Below are positions 52,879 to 56,036 of a stretch of DNA of 56,036 bases, piece after piece. The DNA lies in assembly GCA_038210855.1 (NCBI GenBank), contig JBBQWE010000001.1, positions 1-56,036 on the forward strand. Direction: 5' to 3'. The position numbers were made by a program, and so were the translations under genes. The notes under the pieces were generated by a model. That model was not told where the DNA came from. It worked only from the letters and a program-made list of their open reading frames with translations, and searched no databases. Position 1 is the stretch's first letter. Each line of letters starts with the position of its first letter. Source of the stretch: Sphingomonadales bacterium (GTDB lineage: Bacteria; Pseudomonadota; Alphaproteobacteria; Sphingomonadales; Sphingomonadaceae).

Positions 52879-53282
52879 GCCGCCAGCACCGCGCCAGAGC
52901 TTTCCAGCGTCACCGCATAGGTGCGTTCCCCATTGAAATCGCCGGCATAATCGAGCCGGCTGATCAGAAAACGCCCGGTGATGGTTTCGCCGCTTTCGAA
53001 ACTGACGCGGTAATCGTCGATGATGCCGCTTAGAGCATTGGCCTTGACCCGCGCTTCGGCCGCCGATCCGGTGAACACCCCCGATCCGCTCAGCGTCACC
53101 GATCGCACCCCGGCCCCCGACAACAGCTCGCGCCAGCCGCCGGAACCCTGGTTGGTCACCACGACAGTCTCGGCATTCACCGACAGCTGCGTCGTGCGCA
53201 GCCCGGCGACGGTGGCGAAGACCGGCGGCACGGCGCCATCGCCGATCTTCAACAGAAAGGCGCTGCCCTTTTCGATGGCCAT
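52875..53282 (-). CDS. Major tail tube protein (TP901-1 family)
   Basis: KGSAFLLK, VAGLRTT, GGWRELL, LDYAGDFNGE, LESSG; ATG 53282. Confidence 0.93.
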   Translation of the reverse strand: MAIEKGSAFLLKIGDGAVPPVFATVAGLRTTQLSVNAETVVVTNQGSGGWRELLSGAGVRSVTLSGSGVFTGSAAEARVKANALSGIIDDYRVSFESGETITGRFLISRLDYAGDFNGERTYAVTLESSGAVLAA

Positions 53283-53398
53283 GTTTCTTCTCCCATGAAA
53301 TGAATGCGTCCGGGTCCGCGCCAACAAGCGGGTCACTCCGGGCTCGACCCGCGGGCCAGCTACTTCGCTGGCAATCGGCTCACGACAGCCGAAGCCGA

Positions 53399-53791
53399 TC
53401 AGGGCTCCGCCACCGCCTCGCTGCGCACCCGAAGTTCGGTCACGCCCTGCCGCCAGCCACCGCTCGCCGGCAGCATCTGGCTGCGCACCAGCTGCACCCC
53501 GACAATGCGATGGCCATCGGTCGCCCCGGCCAGGGCCAGCGCGCGCGCCTCGACAACCCCGAGCAGCGCCTTCACCGGTGCCGCTGCCGGCCCTTCGGCC
53601 CAGGCCGTCACGAACACCCGATGCTCATGGCCGCGGCCGCTCTTGTGGCCGGCGTCGGTCACCACATCGGCACCGACGGTCAGATAGGGCGGCGGCGCAT
53701 CGGGCGCCGGGCCATCGAAAACGCCGGTGACTCCGTCGATCTCGGTCAGCGCCGCCACCAGCAGTCGCTGCACCGCCAGGCTTGCGCTCAT
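53399..53791 (-). CDS. DUF3168 tail completion protein
   Basis: VFDGPAPDAPPPYLTVG, GHKSGRGHEH; position in cluster. Confidence 0.85.
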   Translation of the reverse strand: MSASLAVQRLLVAALTEIDGVTGVFDGPAPDAPPPYLTVGADVVTDAGHKSGRGHEHRVFVTAWAEGPAAAPVKALLGVVEARALALAGATDGHRIVGVQLVRSQMLPASGGWRQGVTELRVRSEAVAEP

Positions 53792-54033
53792 CGGCTGCTC
53801 CTTTGCGTCAATGCCGCCAACCGCGGATCGGCGTCGCTGCCACGATCGCCGAACGCCAGTCGCAACAGACCGCGGCCGGTCAGCCGCACGGTCTCGCCAT
53901 CGGTCGCCACGGCTGCCTCCGGCAGATCGGCGACCGCCCGCGCCGCGACGCGGGCGACCACATCTGCCACCTGCCCGTCCGCCGCCACCGCGGCCGCCGC
54001 GGCAGCTGCCGCCAGCGCACCACCGGCAATCAC
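53788..54033 (-). CDS. Small Ala-rich hypothetical GTA protein
   Basis: 4-nt overlaps with both neighbours; VRLTGRGL...DPRL. Confidence 0.65.
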   Translation of the reverse strand: MIAGGALAAAAAAAAVAADGQVADVVARVAARAVADLPEAAVATDGETVRLTGRGLLRLAFGDRGSDADPRLAALTQRSSR

Positions 54034-54356
54034 GGCCGTTCCTCGGCCCGCACGATCACGCGATCGGGCCGGGCCGGATCGGCAATCACCGCCAGCACGG
54101 CCAGCGCCCGGCCGCGCCAGCGCAGCCGCGATGCAAGACCGACTTCCGTCGCCGGCCCGGCGCGCAGAACGACCTGCCAGCGCTGCCGGCTGCGCCGCGC
54201 CTCGCCTTCGAAAGCGCCGCCGCCTTCGGGCAGCAGCGCTGCCGCGACCTTCGGCCCGGCACGCCATCCCCCGACCTCGGCGCCGGCGTCATCGCGGGCT
54301 GCCACCCAGGTCTCGATCGTCACCTGCTCACGCAGGGCACCGGCAAATTCCGTCAT
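54030..54356 (-). CDS. Head closure / head-tail adaptor protein
   Basis: MTEFAGALREQVTIE, DDAG, RLRWRGR, DPARPDR. Confidence 0.85.
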   Translation of the reverse strand: MTEFAGALREQVTIETWVAARDDAGAEVGGWRAGPKVAAALLPEGGGAFEGEARRSRQRWQVVLRAGPATEVGLASRLRWRGRALAVLAVIADPARPDRVIVRAEERP

Positions 54357-54429
54357 GTCTGTCCCCCGAACCAGGTGTCGCGCGCACCGCCAGCCGCAGG
54401 CGGCGCGGTGTTGTCGGATGGAGCCGGGA

Positions 54430-54954
54430 TCAGCCGAGCCGCAGTCGCCGCCACGGCCGCCACAACGCTGCGACCACCGCCGGCGGCGGGCCGGCATCGG
54501 CGGCGTCGCGATGGGTGAACAGATGCGTCGCCAACCGGACGATGCCCTGGCGCAGCGGTTCCGGGATACCATTCCAATCGGCGGCAAGCCCGGCGCGCAA
54601 CCGCACGGTCACCGCCGGCGCGCCGCCGGGCACCGGGCCGATCACCCGCACCCAGCCATCGCCCGATGCGTCGATGCAGCTTACCCATGCCGCGGCCGGC
54701 AGCGGCGTCCCATCGGCGGTTTCCACTGCCAGCAGGGCCAGTATCGGCGTTGCACCCAGCCGTTGCCAGTCGGCGCGCGCCGCCACCAGTTCGCGGCCAT
54801 CGCGGGCAACCAGCCACTGGCCGAGGAACGCCTCGCACAGCGCCGTCGCCGTGCGGATAAGCCCGGCGATGACCGCATCCTCCTCGTCGCCGGTCAGCCG
54901 CAGATAGGCCTTGACCTCGCCGACGCCGACCGGGGTTGGGCCGAAATCCGTCAT
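54430..54954 (-). CDS. Head-tail connector (phiE125 gp8-like)
   Basis: EVKAYLRL..EDAVI, CEAFLG, PEPLRQGIVRL, VAALWRPWRRLRL. Confidence 0.9.
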   Translation of the reverse strand: MTDFGPTPVGVGEVKAYLRLTGDEEDAVIAGLIRTATALCEAFLGQWLVARDGRELVAARADWQRLGATPILALLAVETADGTPLPAAAWVSCIDASGDGWVRVIGPVPGGAPAVTVRLRAGLAADWNGIPEPLRQGIVRLATHLFTHRDAADAGPPPAVVAALWRPWRRLRLG

Positions 54955-54965
54955 AGCCTGTCCTT

Positions 54966-55241
54966 TCAGCGCTGATCGACGCGCAGCGTCAGCGTTCGTT
55001 CGTCGCTGCGGCCGTCGGAAAATGTCACCCGGTTGGTTATGCGATAGACGCTCCCGGCGCTGCCACCGGCGATTGTCGCCACCGTCCGTCCGCCGTCGAT
55101 CACCGCGACCAGCACGCGCGGCGCGCCCGCGCCGGCGGGTTCGACCGCCCAATCCGAAACCGTGATCGCCTGGCCGGCAAGATAGCCGGCGTCCCAATCG
55201 ACGGCATAGTCGATGGTCGCATCCGGATCCTTGAGGAACAT
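54966..55241 (-). CDS. Small phage-type beta-rich protein (possible fibre adaptor)
   Basis: KDPDATIDYAVDW...GGSAGSVYRITNRVT..GRSDERT. Confidence 0.75.
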   Translation of the reverse strand: MFLKDPDATIDYAVDWDAGYLAGQAITVSDWAVEPAGAGAPRVLVAVIDGGRTVATIAGGSAGSVYRITNRVTFSDGRSDERTLTLRVDQR

Positions 55242-55359
55242 CGGGATCATCCTTCGGCCAAGATTTCCAGCAGACCGCCACGGTTCGAGCGCGGCAGGCC
55301 ATTCGCCCCGGCGCCACTGCAAAGATGACGCCCCGGCACGAGACCCGACCCAGCAAAAT

Positions 55360-55385
55360 GGGGTCTGGGGCCCACGGCCCCAGCC
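55360..55385. repeat. REP-like hairpin in GTA intergenic spacer
   Basis: ggggt-ctggggcc-cac-ggccccag. Confidence 0.45.
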
Positions 55386-55416
55386 AACGGCGGCAATCTT
55401 TGCTGCGTCGCTGCGG

Positions 55417-55785
55417 CTAAAGCGGCGCGCCGATCTCGATGCTCCAGCTCGCGATGCTGACGGTGCCGCCGGCCACGAGCGGCTGGGCCGGGCAGGTGGT
55501 GACGTAGAGCAGCCGCGAGGTCGCGGCATCGAGAAGGGCGACATGGTCGGCGGTTCCCGGCGCGACCACCGCGAGGCCGGAGCGCGCGGCGATGGTGACC
55601 TTGCGGCCCGAGACATCGCCGGCGCCGAGGCTGAAATCGCCGTTGGTCAGCGATGCTTCGGCAAGGCGGTTGGCGTCGGCGGCGGCATAGCTGGCCGGCT
55701 GGCCGGAGAGGGCGACAAGCCGCGTGGCGCTGCGCACGATGTTGAGGCTGCCGTCGAGGACGTCGGTGCTGGCGAATTTGGGCAT
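55417..55785 (-). CDS. Hypothetical phage-type protein (122 aa)
   Basis: AGGAG RBS, ATG 55785; GDVSGRKVTI, GTADHVAL, LLYVT. Confidence 0.75.
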   Translation of the reverse strand: MPKFASTDVLDGSLNIVRSATRLVALSGQPASYAAADANRLAEASLTNGDFSLGAGDVSGRKVTIAARSGLAVVAPGTADHVALLDAATSRLLYVTTCPAQPLVAGGTVSIASWSIEIGAPL

Positions 55786-55810
55786 GTTCGGCTCCTGTCG
55801 GTTGCGGTTT

Positions 55811-56036
55811 TCAGTCGAGGTCGATTCCAAGCCGGCGCGGATCGGCGCCGACGGAAAGGTTGCGAACTCGGGTGGTGATTCCGGCCGGCAGCAGCAGCGG
55901 CTCGGTGCCATCGGCGAAGCGCAGCAGCGCCGTGCTGGCGGCCAGCAGGGCTTCGCTGTCGCTGAGGATCAGCGTCGATGCGGCGCGGCTGGCGATGCGG
56001 CTGCTTTCGGGCAGCACGAACCCGGCGAGATCGAAC
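55811..56036 (-). CDS. 3' end of a hypothetical protein running off the window
   Basis: Open frame ending at TGA 55811-55813, co-oriented with the cluster. Confidence 0.5.
   Translation of the reverse strand, partial: FDLAGFVLPESSRIASRAASTLILSDSEALLAASTALLRFADGTEPLLLPAGITTRVRNLSVGADPRRLGIDLD

Larger units (their letters stand above)
45529..56036 (-). mobile_element. RcGTA-like gene transfer agent cluster, neck/tail part; continues beyond the window
   Basis: Gene order connector, closure, DUF3168, tail tube, two chaperones, short tape measure, DUF2460, DUF2163, NlpC/P60, host-specificity protein, DUF2793; no integrase or replication genes in the visible part. Confidence 0.88.

Overview
High-GC alphaproteobacterial chromosome segment. 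Gene content (PEPxxWA-CTERM proteins, PabB-lyase fusion, long DUF2460 gene) suggests Sphingomonadales; this is inference, not a database result. From left to right: a Gly-rich disordered protein; a complete Anbu operon (circularly permuted ATP-grasp, alpha-E, transglutaminase, proteasome-type protease); MFS/SDR/SIMPL genes; an RND efflux pair plus DUF445; housekeeping and redox genes (aspartate aminotransferase, pabB fusion, EpmB-like radical SAM, ettA, Fe-SOD, ndh, purL, nadA/nadC, lipB); ompA; and, from 45.5 kb to the right edge, the neck/tail half of an RcGTA-like gene transfer agent cluster. Signals the ORF track misses: (1) a 156-bp MITE-like element with 30/32-bp terminal inverted repeats, flanked by CTAG copies that supply the stop codons of two convergent genes; (2) a strong internal Shine-Dalgarno plus GTG inside the 766-aa DUF2460 fusion, predicting two isoforms; (3) a DUF3494 ice-binding PEP-CTERM gene interrupted by one in-frame TGA at codon 13; (4) a second PEP-CTERM gene whose only sensible start is ACG; (5) a Gln-rich transglutaminase tail and a small basic ORF bridging a gap in the Anbu operon; (6) extra virion-like genes upstream of the GTA head-tail connector. 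No tRNA, rRNA, CRISPR array or intact transposase was seen. All family assignments are by motif recognition, not searches.
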